Shown here in pieces: positions 1-11,330 of a stretch of DNA of 64,000 nt. Every line of letters starts with the position of its first letter. Positions within the stretch are counted from its first letter, which is position 1. The stretch spans positions 46,500,001 through 46,564,000 of the forward strand of contig NC_042997.1 of NCBI RefSeq assembly GCF_006345805.1. Direction: 5' to 3'. Origin of the DNA: Octopus sinensis. Lineage: Eukaryota. The notes beneath the pieces were generated by a model. The model worked only from the letters and a program-made list of their open reading frames with translations, made no database searches and was not told where the DNA came from. A program made the position numbers and the translations under genes.

Positions 1-664
1 TTTAAGTAATACTAAGCAATAAGGGTTTAGCAACGAATTGCCTTACCACATACCGAATTTAGAAATAGCAGTCAAAGGGTTATAGCTATTTCTTCTACTA
101 AAAAGGGTGATCTCAGTAAAAACAGCAATTGGAAGGCTGACACAAACAGGTAAGAGAGAATGAATTAACTGCAATCTATCAAACATTTTTAAAGTTATCT
201 ACGGACGTACGTTTCGAAATCAAGTTTTTAGGAAAGCATAAGAATTAAATATTAAATATTAATGATACTAGTTGCGGATTCTAGTCGCTCTGATACTGAG
301 TTTGAGTTGGTGCTCCCTAGTATCTCAAAATTCAATATATAATCATTTTTGATTATAGTATTCTACGCTGAAGAGAAAAGAAGTTTCGGTAAGATAGATT
401 TATTTAATATTTAATATTTAATTCTTATGCTTTCCTAAAAACTTGATTTCGAAACGTACGTCCGTAGATAACTTTAAAAATGTTTGATAGATTGCAGTTA
501 ATTCATTCTCTCTTACCTGTTTGTGTCAGCCTTCCAATTGCTGTTTGTACTGAGATCTCCCGTTTTAGTAGAAGAAATAGCTATAACCCTTTGACTGCTA
601 TTTCTAAATTCGGTATGTGGTAAGGCAATTCGTGCTAAACCCTTATTGCTTAGTATTACTTAAA
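1..664. repeat. Long inverted repeat (foldback): arms 1-262 and 404-664, 141-bp spacer
   Basis: The reverse complement of 1-262 (tttaagtaatactaagcaat...aaatattaa) matches 404-664 with about 4 differences. The left arm may extend beyond the window start. Confidence 0.95.
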
Positions 665-751
665 TTTTCCTCGAATGAGGCTTTTACATGCCGAAGACTA
701 CTTGGTGTATTGATAATTATTCCAAATTAATTAATTTCACCCTTCATTATT

Positions 752-765
752 ACGGATAACTATAT

Positions 766-814
<49 letters not shown>

Positions 815-954
815 TTATATGTATATATATATAATATATATGATATATTATATTTATATAGGATATATTTATATATAATATATATATAATATATATATAA
901 ATATATTTATATAATATATACTGTATATTTATATATATATTATATAAATATATT

Positions 955-997
<43 letters not shown>

Positions 998-1026
998 TTA
1001 TATATATATAGATATATATATATATA

Positions 1027-1073
<47 letters not shown>
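752..1073. repeat. (TA)n microsatellite, imperfect
   Basis: Direct reading. Confidence 0.95.
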
Positions 1074-1078
<5 letters not shown>

Positions 1079-2029
1079 CGAGCATGCGCACATAAAGATA
1101 CACATCTTAGAAGAACAGAATGAAGTAACTGGAGCAAGAGCACGCACGAAAACGAAAAGTGTCGCATACAGGAATAAATGTGTGAAGAACAGATATATAG
1201 TGCGTGCGTGTGTTTATTTGGCCAAAAAATGACCATTCTGATATCTGTTTCAACACACGATTTCAGATCAGGAATCTTGCACACAAATCGATACACATAT
1301 TTATTCACGTATACATATATGCATGCATATGTATTCAATATATACACATATGTATAAACACACGCATATATTTGTGTGTGGGTGTGTGTATTAATACTTC
1401 TATGCATATATATGCCAAGTATACAGTTGTAGGCTGCGCTATTTAATATTGAAAGAGTACCTACTTATAGTTGGTCTGAAAATGCTGATTAGTCAGGAAG
1501 AAAATCCTAAACATTCTGAAAGAGAAAAACAAAGATTCTAATTACTCTATGATATCACCACTAAACAAAGCACTATTTTAAATTACTTAGCTGTTCACGT
1601 GCGAAAATAATTCGTACTTTACTAAATTTGCTGCCATTTACGTAGACTTGTGTGCATACTTATAAATAAATTTCTCTGTATACGTATGTTTATGTGTTCA
1701 GGTATCCGTACATTTTCTGCACTTGTAAGTATTTGCCTTGCTTTTTGTTTTTTACCTGGTTCACTATGTTCTTCTTATAAGAAATAATGCAAAGTCACGA
1801 CTACGCTCTTGCATACAGAATTTTATTTAATATTAAACACACACAGATGCACACACACACACAAACACACACACATACACACACAGTCATATAGATAATA
1901 TCTGTGTATAAATATAGATGTACATGCATATGTTTATTCATAAAAGTATATATCGATATATACGTACAATTACACAGACGCACACACACACATAAAAATA
2001 TATGTATACAGACATACCTATATATACAT

Positions 2030-2090
2030 ATATATGTATATATACATACACACATACATACATACATACATACATACATACATACATACA

Positions 2091-2124
<34 letters not shown>

Positions 2125-2166
2125 CATACATACATACATACATACATAGAGACATACATACATACA

Positions 2167-2200
<34 letters not shown>

Positions 2201-2218
2201 CATGCATAAATACAAACA

Positions 2219-2252
<34 letters not shown>

Positions 2253-2502
2253 CATACATACATACATACATACATACATAGAGACATACATACATATATA
2301 CATGCATGCATACATACATACATACATACATACATACATACATACATACACACATACATACATAGAGACATACATACATATATACATGCATGCATACATA
2401 TATACATACATACATACATACAAACATACATAGAGACATACATACATACATACATACATACATACATACATGCATAAATACAAACATACATACATACATA
2501 CA

Positions 2503-2536
<34 letters not shown>

Positions 2537-2652
2537 CATACATACATACATACATACATAGAGACATACATACATATATACATGCATGCATACATACATA
2601 CATACATACATACATACATACATACACACATACATACACATACATACATACA

Positions 2653-2686
<34 letters not shown>

Positions 2687-2728
2687 CATACATACATACA
2701 TACATACATACATAGAGACATACATACA

Positions 2729-2762
<34 letters not shown>

Positions 2763-2830
2763 CATGCATAAATACAAACATACATACATGTATGCATACA
2801 TATATATATATATACACACACATATATTTA
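2030..2830. repeat. (TACA)n array with interspersed variant units
   Basis: Direct reading. It explains all the YIHT/MYVC ORFs. Confidence 0.95.
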
Positions 2831-4083
2831 TATACAAACATACGTAGATAATTACACACTCACATAGAGATACACACATGCATCTTTATTATTATAGAAT
2901 TTATGTTTTTGTTCTGTATATGTGCATATTTGAGTATATGCGTGCGCATTTGTTTCTGTATGTGTGCGTGTATTTGTGTGTATGTGTATATGTGTGTATG
3001 TGTATTTGTGTATATGTGTATGTGTGTGTGTACTAGTGTGTGTCGTAAATGGTGAATTACCGTTATAGAATCGAGATCATTATATAACATGTAATCTAAT
3101 ATGGTTTATTCAAATGCTTGTGTAGTCACCGATTATACATCGACTACCAGTTTTACAGTCCATCAGATTCTTGGCTCATTATATGATTGTAGAGATTAAA
3201 AGAAATTAAGAAAGTTTATTTTAAATTACCTTCTAAATTTTCCTCGAAGCCTCGATGCTTCCATGCCTGTACATAAAATATATATTTCTATAATTTATGC
3301 AGAAAAATTTCTTTTCATATCTTTCGTCTTCTGTAACACGTCATATATATCTACGCAAAAAGATAATTGGAAAATCATTAAATGATATAATTTTATATGT
3401 ATAATAATTATTTAAGTGTTTTAAATTTTTCTTATTTTGACAGGTTCTATTAATATCATTGCTTTTTCGATATTTGAAATTGATTTTCCGATTGCCAAAA
3501 CAAGCTACAAGTGAGAAGACAACATTTATTCATTATGATATTTGTATGCGCCTACGTTTAGTCTATAACTATATACAAAGCTATGTATTGTGTGGGAATT
3601 TTTGAGGTTGTTAACAAAATTGCAATATTTTTGTGGTGTCATACCCTAATCTTCAACGAATGGTTAATATATATGGCGTATCTTCAAATTACCGAACGTT
3701 TTCATTTTCTTCCGGTTGTTTATTAGAAGATTTTGCAATTTTGCGAACTTATTTCCATATATATGCTTTTATGTGAAATATAAATCAAAAATGGTTTATT
3801 GAAATGCTTGTGTCATTTATCACCTGAGATGGCTAACTAGTTCCACTTTAGAAAGACGGAGCTGTCTAGCATGCGTTACAAATGCATTATTATATTCATA
3901 CTGTTTACGTTGTCACACCACTATTCATACTAGTTATTTTCCATGACCCCATTGCTTCGTCTTCTCTCTCACTTTTTCTCATTTTATCTTATTGCCTCTT
4001 TCTTTTCCTCTTCCTACTTCAACGACTCTGAATGTCTCTCTATCGTCTTCCTGTCAACTTCCGTTCCCAGTTACATATATATA

Positions 4084-4198
<115 letters not shown>

Positions 4199-4989
4199 TG
4201 CATATATAGTAGCGTCAGTACATAGATAAAGGCTGACAGTTGCCATTCTTCGCGAGAAAATGGTCTAAATTCTAAACCGATTTATCATTGTTCTGATATT
4301 TCTTTTCTGGAACGTGAATTTCTGGCTGCGTTAGCTTGAAGCTATCACCTATTCTCTTCGGCTTCGGATTTCAGCCTCCATCATTTCTGCACGGGTGTCT
4401 CGTGTTTCCTCAAACAGGCTTGTCTATTGGCTTGACAATCCAGCCTCTGTCATTTCTACTCTGGTGTCCTTTCTTCCCACAAACTGGCTTCCTTGATTGT
4501 TTCAAACTGAAGTTCTACTTTTCGTTGCTCTTGTGTCTCCAGTGTTTATTTTTTCTTCTAGTATTTTCCTAACCCTTCGACTTCTGGAGCATTGAATTTC
4601 AGATGAGTGAAAACTATTATGTTGTCTTCTACGCATCATATTGAATGTTCTAAAGTTAATAAATTGAAAAATATCAAAAGTAAATCGCGTAAGATTTCAT
4701 TCATTTTTTTGCTTCTAAATTCAATCATGCGGCTTTATTCCATCCAGTTAATAAACCTCATAAAAATCTGTCAAGTATAACAATTCTACCTTACTTTTTA
4801 TACATATATTACCCAACTTCACTTCACAAAACGAAAATAGGATTGCTTCGAATTATAGCACATGTTAACACAAGGAATATACAAATTGATATATGGCAGA
4901 AGACTGACGTCTCACCCCTCACACCCTATCAGACACACACACACACGCAAACGCACACACGTACATTGAACTTTTCTCACTCACGCTTT

Positions 4990-5420
4990 TCTATTCCGGC
5001 ATATGTTATGAAGGCATCCACTACGTTTTTCGTCAAATTCAAAGAAGATCATCTCGTGTTCAGCAAATATCTTTTTTCAGTAAAAGTTTTGATAGTGTGC
5101 ATATTGTGCCCTGAAATCGTAATTCTCCAGCTTTTTAGGGTTGTATATAATTAATATATTTTTCACGCTCCGCTAGTGCTAATTTTCATAACAAATGTCT
5201 AGTCTTCTGGTCCTCTTTCCAGTTTAAACATTCGTTCTTGAATGCATCCTCAAAGCGATTATAAGCGGCAAATGTGACACCTTCCTCCACGTTATATCTA
5301 AATTCGTCGATGGAGCTTCTCAACGAACCTGCTTTGTGCATTTATTTCGTTTCCTTGAGAAGAACTTGTAAAACCTCGTGTTGCTGGTTTTGCAATTCTA
5401 TCATGACTGATGGTAATTCT
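4990..5420 (-). mobile_element. gag: Degenerate Ty3/Gypsy gag fragment
   Basis: Minus-strand translation with stops: SIDEFRYNVEEGVTFAAYNRFEDAFKNECLNWKEDQKTRHLL*KLALAEREKYINYIQP. This resembles recalled K02A2.6-like Gypsy gag (F.Y..E.GVTF...Y.R.ED.F...D..K.RLLL.KL...E.E.Y.NYI.P). Confidence 0.7.
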
Positions 5421-5522
5421 TCCACGATGAACAACACGATGGATTTGTTGTTCTCATAAACAAAAATATACAATTTACAATAATTCGAGTAAGTCTCGAA
5501 CACTTTTCCTCATATATCGTCC

Positions 5523-5764
5523 GTGACGATATATGATGTGTGTGAGTGGAACGATATATCACAGTACCAAATGTAACCGTATAACAATAAGCAATGTAAC
5601 AAGAGTTGATTATCTTATAACAGTTTGCAAAATAGCAAACCAATACTTTAACGCAGAATAAATAACGAGACTAGCACTCTCACAGTTCAGCCTCATGAGT
5701 CTACTGGCTAATCTATTTATATGCTCCGCCCAGTCCACAGACAGTTACGTGCGGGGGTGTCACA
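5523..5764 (-). mobile_element. Candidate LTR upstream of the Gypsy gag fragment
   Basis: The minus strand starts TGTGAC and ends GTCAC (short terminal IR). It contains GGGCGG followed by TATAAAT and lies just 5' of gag. No partner LTR or clean PBS is seen. Confidence 0.35.
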
Positions 5765-6094
5765 TATGCATATACACCTATACAGCACCTTTTCGGGGCT
5801 ACTTTATTTGAATTCTTACTATCGGGTAACTTATTCTATGTTATTACATAACTGACATCACAATTTGGGTATTCATAAATTATTGGGAATTCCTAAAAAC
5901 AAGTTCCTGTGTAAGACAGTTCGGTATTCTCTGTAAATGCACAAAAACCGTTTTAAGGGCTATATACTTTGTATTGTTGTTATTGGATTAGCGAAACAAT
6001 TATGAGAACGGAACCAAAGGGAAAAGCCCCGTTTTCAGGGAATTCCCGGGTACGTCAGCTAGTTTATATATATATGATAAACGTCGCTCTTTTC

Positions 6095-6385
6095 AACCCA
6101 AGCCAGGCTCATGGGTCCGGCTTCCTGGTTTCTGTGGCGTATGTGTTCTCCCCAGCTGAACAGGACGCCAGTCCATCGCAGAGTTACTCAAGAAACAGGA
6201 AGAGAGGGTGAGAGAAAGTTGCGGCGAAAGAGTACATCACGGGTGCCCCGCCCCTGCCGGAGCCTCGTGGTAGTTTTTAGGTGTTTTCTCTCAATAAACA
6301 CACACAACGCCCGGTCTGGGAATCGAAACCACGATCCTCCTACTGCGAGTCCGCTGCCCTAACCACTGGGCCATTGCGCCTCCAC
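6095..6385 (-). mobile_element. tRNA-derived SINE, family B
   Basis: Minus-strand head GTGGAGGCGCAATGGCCCAGTGGTTAGGGCAGCGGACTCGC...GGTTTCGATTCCC with A- and B-box-like motifs. A second copy lies at 50662-50892. Confidence 0.85.
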
Positions 6386-6398
6386 AGTTTATATATGT

Positions 6399-6620
6399 TT
6401 CTTTATTACCCACAAGAGGCTAAACACAGAGGGGACAAACAAGGACAGACAGATTAAGTCGATTATATCGACCCCAGTGCGTAATTGGTACTTAATTTAT
6501 CAACCCGAAAGGATGAAAGGCAAAGTCGACCTCGGCGGAATTTGAACTCAGAACATAACGGCAGACGAAATACGGCTACGCATTTCGCCCGGCGTGCTTA
6601 ACGGTTCTGCCAGCTCGCCG
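6399..6620 (-). mobile_element. tRNA-derived SINE, family A monomer (tail type 2)
   Basis: Head CGGCGAGCTGGCAGAA..., B-box-like GAGTTCAAATTCC, tail ...GCCTCTTGTGGGTAATAAAGAAA. Flanked by atatatgt at 6391-6398 and 6621-6628 (candidate TSD). Confidence 0.9.
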
Positions 6621-7059
6621 ATATATGTCCATGTGAAACTGATAAACGTAACTCAAAATGTGATTAAAAATTTGCAGTTTCATTTTGATGTAAAAAGCAG
6701 CGCCGTCAGAACACAAGCTTTTGCTACAGTTCACTTGTATTAAGCATCTCTAACTGTCATTAACTTCCACTCCACTTGTTGTTTTAGCCTCCATTTTCCA
6801 GTGTAAGTGACGAAACTCAAGTATGTCTATAAATTATCTTTACAACTTCCACATTTCCGAAATTTAAAGTGTAAAGTTAATTTGTCGCCTCATCCACACA
6901 ACCCGCTTTCGGAAAATAGGTGTACGGCGAGAAGGTGTGAGGTCAGATTCGTTGAAGATACACGGAATACCTTAATTATTACCAATTTTATTTAGTGTTA
7001 TTAGTGATCAACTTACAAACGAACTTGTTTTTTTTATAAGTATGTGGGTATGTGTGTTT

Positions 7060-7101
7060 GTGTGTGTATGTATGTGTATATACATGTGCGTGTGTGTGTG
7101 T

Positions 7102-7175
<74 letters not shown>
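7060..7175. repeat. (TG)n microsatellite
   Basis: Direct reading. Confidence 0.9.
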
Positions 7176-7177
<2 letters not shown>

Positions 7178-7364
7178 GCAAGGTGTCCGGTTCAATTTGG
7201 TGATATTTATATCTCCTTTTCTTTCAGGAACATGATGTATCGGGGAACAGTCACAGCGTTGGAAAATATAAAGATTAAATTGTAGTTGAAAAAATTAGCT
7301 GACAAGGAGGAGTGGAGCCTATTCAAATACTTTGGTATGAGGCCAGCAACTTCCGGTTTAAGGT

Positions 7365-7575
7365 AAGTCGATTACATCCATCTCAGTACTCAACTGGCAC
7401 TTAATTTATGGAGCCTGAAAGAACGTGACTGTTCAACTGATATTTCTTTTATCGATCCCACGAAAGGATGAAAGGCAAAGTTGACCTCAGTGGAATTTGA
7501 GCTCAGAATGTAAAGGCGGTCGAAATACCTCTAAGCGTTTTCCCTGGTGTGGTAACAGTTCTACCAGTCCGCCGA
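7365..7575 (-). mobile_element. Family A SINE, degenerate
   Basis: Similarity to the other family A copies (aaggatgaaaggcaaagttgacctc...gaatttgagctcagaa). Confidence 0.75.
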
Positions 7576-7611
7576 CTTAAGTCCTCTGAATATTAGTAGA
7601 GAGTCACCTAC

Positions 7612-7770
7612 ACGACGATGATGCGCAACGGTTATCAAAATACCGACATTGTGACTACTGCTCAGTGCTCAGTGAACACCGTAAAGGCTGTAAGGCGCAA
7701 AATGTACAAATGCAACGAAAAAACAAAGCCGTTGCCAGCAGGTGGCGTTCTGACTGTGTTCGAGGGTCGT
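7612..7770 (+). mobile_element. Tc1/mariner-type transposase N-terminal fragment
   Basis: MMRNGYQNTDIVTTAQCSVNTVKAVRRKMYKCNE, then (frameshift) ASRWRSDCVR, resembles the HTH start of recalled octopus mariner-like transposases. No DDE domain or TIR is seen. Confidence 0.4.
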
Positions 7771-8990
7771 AGTTCTTTAATAACTGCTGAACAGGATCTT
7801 ATTTTCCTTACATACATTATTTTATCCCTTTTCATAAATTATCTTTCTGTTTTCTCATATTTTCGAATAATTGTCGATTTCTCTCAGAGAGCTTGTGTAA
7901 TTAAACACACACAATCACTCACACACACACACACACACACACGCGCGCACACACACAGACGCACACACACACACATATCTTAAAGATACTTTTAAGATGT
8001 CTTTATAGAATGGATCTAATAGAGTATTTCTTGGTGGGCTATATTCCAATTCCAGTACCATATTTCTGTTCTCAAAGTTGGTTTATTTCATTAAATCTGT
8101 AGAAAATGAATATTTTCCATTTCAGAAATTTCATAAACATCGATTAAACGGGTACACCCGTTGTCTTATTGGAGAAATTAAACCTTAAATCGTTTAAAAT
8201 CCCGCAGTTCTGTTTAAAAACGATACCAAGCTCTTTGTAGAGAAAGACATTAGAAATGTAAATATTTTCAAACGGAGAACTTCAGAAAAATAAGTAAAGT
8301 CTAATAAATTTATTCAAATGCTGAATAAACCAACGGTTATGATACGACTGCCAGTTATATCGGCTTTAGAATTATCCAGTAATGATATTAAAACAAAATT
8401 TTATGAATGTTGAAATAATGAAGAAAGTAGATTCCAAGTTATTCTCGAATTGCCGTTGGCGCGTCTATATTGACACTTTTGTATACAAAATATGGCTTTA
8501 AATTAGAAAAGACACGCTTTTAGAGATGTATTCTTATCTCATTTTTGTATATTCTAGAAAGCTTAAGTATCGGGAAAATATTTTGAAAATCGCTGAATTT
8601 TGTAACTTAAATCAAGTGGAGGCATGTTACTAAAGAAATTTAAAATGTTAAATACAAATTTGCTTTTCTATTTAAAAAATTGTTAATGCATATATATAAT
8701 TAAAGGTAAATGTATTTTGTCGGAATGTATTAATGTTTTTATTGCAAAGGCCAGCTGCAACAGAAAATTCTTCACCATTATTTAGTATCCTAAAATTCAC
8801 GTGTATGTATGTATGTATGTATGTATGTATGTATGTATGCATGTATGTGTGCATGTATGTATGCATGTATGTGTGTCCTTATTTAGTTTTATTTCAAGAT
8901 TTCTTGTCGATAGCAAACAAAAAAAAGGAAAAGAAAGTTTTCTAACCTAGATTCAACGCATCTTCATTCAAATTTCAGCAGGATAATATT

Positions 8991-9389
8991 CTCTTCCATT
9001 CTAGGCACAAGGCCCGGAATTTTAGGGGAGGGGGCCAGTCGATTAGATCCACCAGACTATGCAACTGGTATTTGATATATCGTCTCCGAAAGGCGGAAAG
9101 GCAAAGTCGACCTCGGCGAAATTTAATCTCAGAATGTTACAGCAGACGAAATACCTATTTCTTTACTATCCACAAGGGGCTAAACACAGGGAGGACAAAC
9201 AAGGAGAGACAAACGGATTAAGTCGATTACATCAACCCCAGTGCGTAACTGGTACTTATGTAATTGACCCCGAAAGGATGGAAGGCAAAGTCGACTTCGG
9301 TGAAATTTGAACTCAGAATGTAACGGCAGACGAAATACCGCTAAGAATTTCGCCCAGTGTGCTAACGTTTCTGTCAGCTCGCTGCCTTA
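8991..9389 (-). mobile_element. Family A SINE dimer (full head+tail2, truncated head+tail1)
   Basis: Two SINE cores are present. A 16-bp TSD, tcagcaggataatatt (8975-8990) / tcaacaggttaatatt (9390-9405), flanks the whole dimer. Confidence 0.9.
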
Positions 9390-9641
9390 TCAACAGGTTA
9401 ATATTGCATATATGTATGCATATGTGCTGAATTTGGTATCAGGGCATGTGTAGATGGGTAGCTTTTGTTCGATGCATGTGTTTTCATACATAATGTTGCA
9501 TTTCTACTTGCAACTATATGATGAACGTTTGGAATTTTACAGTTCCAATGTGGCTTATATCTGTAGTCTTCAAATCCCCTTTCTCGTGCCTCATTTTGAG
9601 AAGCCTAGTTTCTCATGATTGTCATTTAAGCAGTATGTTTG

Positions 9642-9779
9642 AATGTATGTATGTATGTATGTATGTATGTATGTATGTATGTATGTATGTACGTAAGTAT
9701 GTATGTATGCGTATAAGTAAGCAAAATATCTATCTCTGTGTACACACACGAATACAGTCACAAACTCACACACACATAT

Positions 9780-9816
<37 letters not shown>

Positions 9817-10200
9817 ATATATATAAATATTTATAAATAGAGTGAGTAATCCTTCAGATTAATGTGAATTGTTTTTATTAAAACTGAAAATAAAAAGTTA
9901 ACATTGATATTTGTGTGTGTGTGCGTGTTTGTATGTGTGTGTTTGTATATATATATATATATATGTACATATAAATATATAAATATACAAATATATATAC
10001 ATACATATATATATACATATATATATATATGTACATATAAATATATAAATATACAAATATATATACATACATATATATATACATATATATATATATGTAT
10101 ATATATGTATATATATATATATTATATATATATATATATACAAATATATATATATGTACATATATATATACATATATATATATGCATATATGTGTGTGTG
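9642..10200. repeat. Compound (TATG)n/(CA)n/(TA)n microsatellite region
   Basis: Direct reading. Confidence 0.85.
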
Positions 10201-11299
10201 TAAATGCGGCAGAGATATATAGGAAACATAAAAAAATACAAAAAATGGTAGTGGACACTCATTCTTTATCTGATATAGATTAAAAACCATCACAATTTTG
10301 ATGCCTTATTGATATTAGTCTTCTATTTGGCGGCGTCAACAACAAAAACTGTTTGGGTTTCAAGGAGTGAGCATGAAAGACAAGTATAATCAAGATAAAA
10401 GAAGACATGTACACAAAAATAAATAAATAAATATAGTAAAAAGTCGTGGTCTCTTGAGCAAATGGTATAAAGGACTTGTTATGATGAGAGCGGGAGAACA
10501 TACAAAAGGAAAAACCAAGGACAGTAACGAAAAAATTAGTATATAATAAACAACACAGATATTTCTATGCATAGGAAACCTTTCGGCTATACAAAAGAAT
10601 TGAGACATATGGGAAAAGTAGCGCTAATATGAACGAATATTCTCCTTTCGGACTTGGTAAAATATATGTAGGAAAATAAGATAAACTTAGGCAAACCATG
10701 TGCTGGAACTAAATTTGAAATCTGAGACAAACAGGTATGGGAAGTGAAAAGAAAAGCGAAGAAACAAGGCCAAAAAGAACAGGGATGGGTAAGGTTTAAA
10801 AATAGGATGGACATATCGTAGCTTTACGAAGTGTAGGAAAGGAAATGTGGATAGCGGAGAGTGAGAACATGACAAACGGTGAAAGACAATCATACACACA
10901 TAAATGCACACAAACACACAAGTACATACACGCCCGCGCGCGCACACACACCTATCTACTGTGGCCCTTGGAACATCCAGTGCAGTGGTTCCAGTTAGCC
11001 ACAATGGTGAAACACATGGAGGGAACTATTAATCCTTACTATAATTGGCGCAAGGCCTGGAATTTGGGGGAGGGTGCAAGTCGATTACATCAATTCCAGT
11101 GCTCGAACTAATAATATGAACTTGTATTTAACATAACTTTTACATTTGCTCTGTGCACAGTGATACAACCAAGTATAGCAATAATATAAGCATTCTACAG
11201 AAGCAGATTGAATGATGTTAATATCTACATGGGGCCCAAAACTCAAGTGTAGCACTCATCTGTGTATAAGCAAGATACACACACGCGCGCCAGTACGTA

Positions 11300-11330
11300 G
11301 GAGTGGATGTGTGGTAAGAAGCTTGCCTCC
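11300..11330 (+). mobile_element. 5' head fragment of family C SINE
   Basis: ggagtggatgtgtggtaagaagcttgcctcc matches the family C head (compare the minus strand at 20204: ggagtggctgtgtggtaagtagcttgctagcc). Confidence 0.65.

Noticed and set aside
750-3090. Long ORFs of YI, YIHT and MYVC repeats (up to 352 aa)
   Set aside because: They are translations of (TA)n and (TACA)n microsatellites with no coding signal. The same applies to similar ORFs across the window.
6300-6385. Bona fide tRNA genes at SINE heads
   Set aside because: The cloverleaf is incomplete and each head continues into a SINE body and tail.
10290-10870. Purine-rich segment resembling an old LINE
   Set aside because: No recognisable motif in any frame
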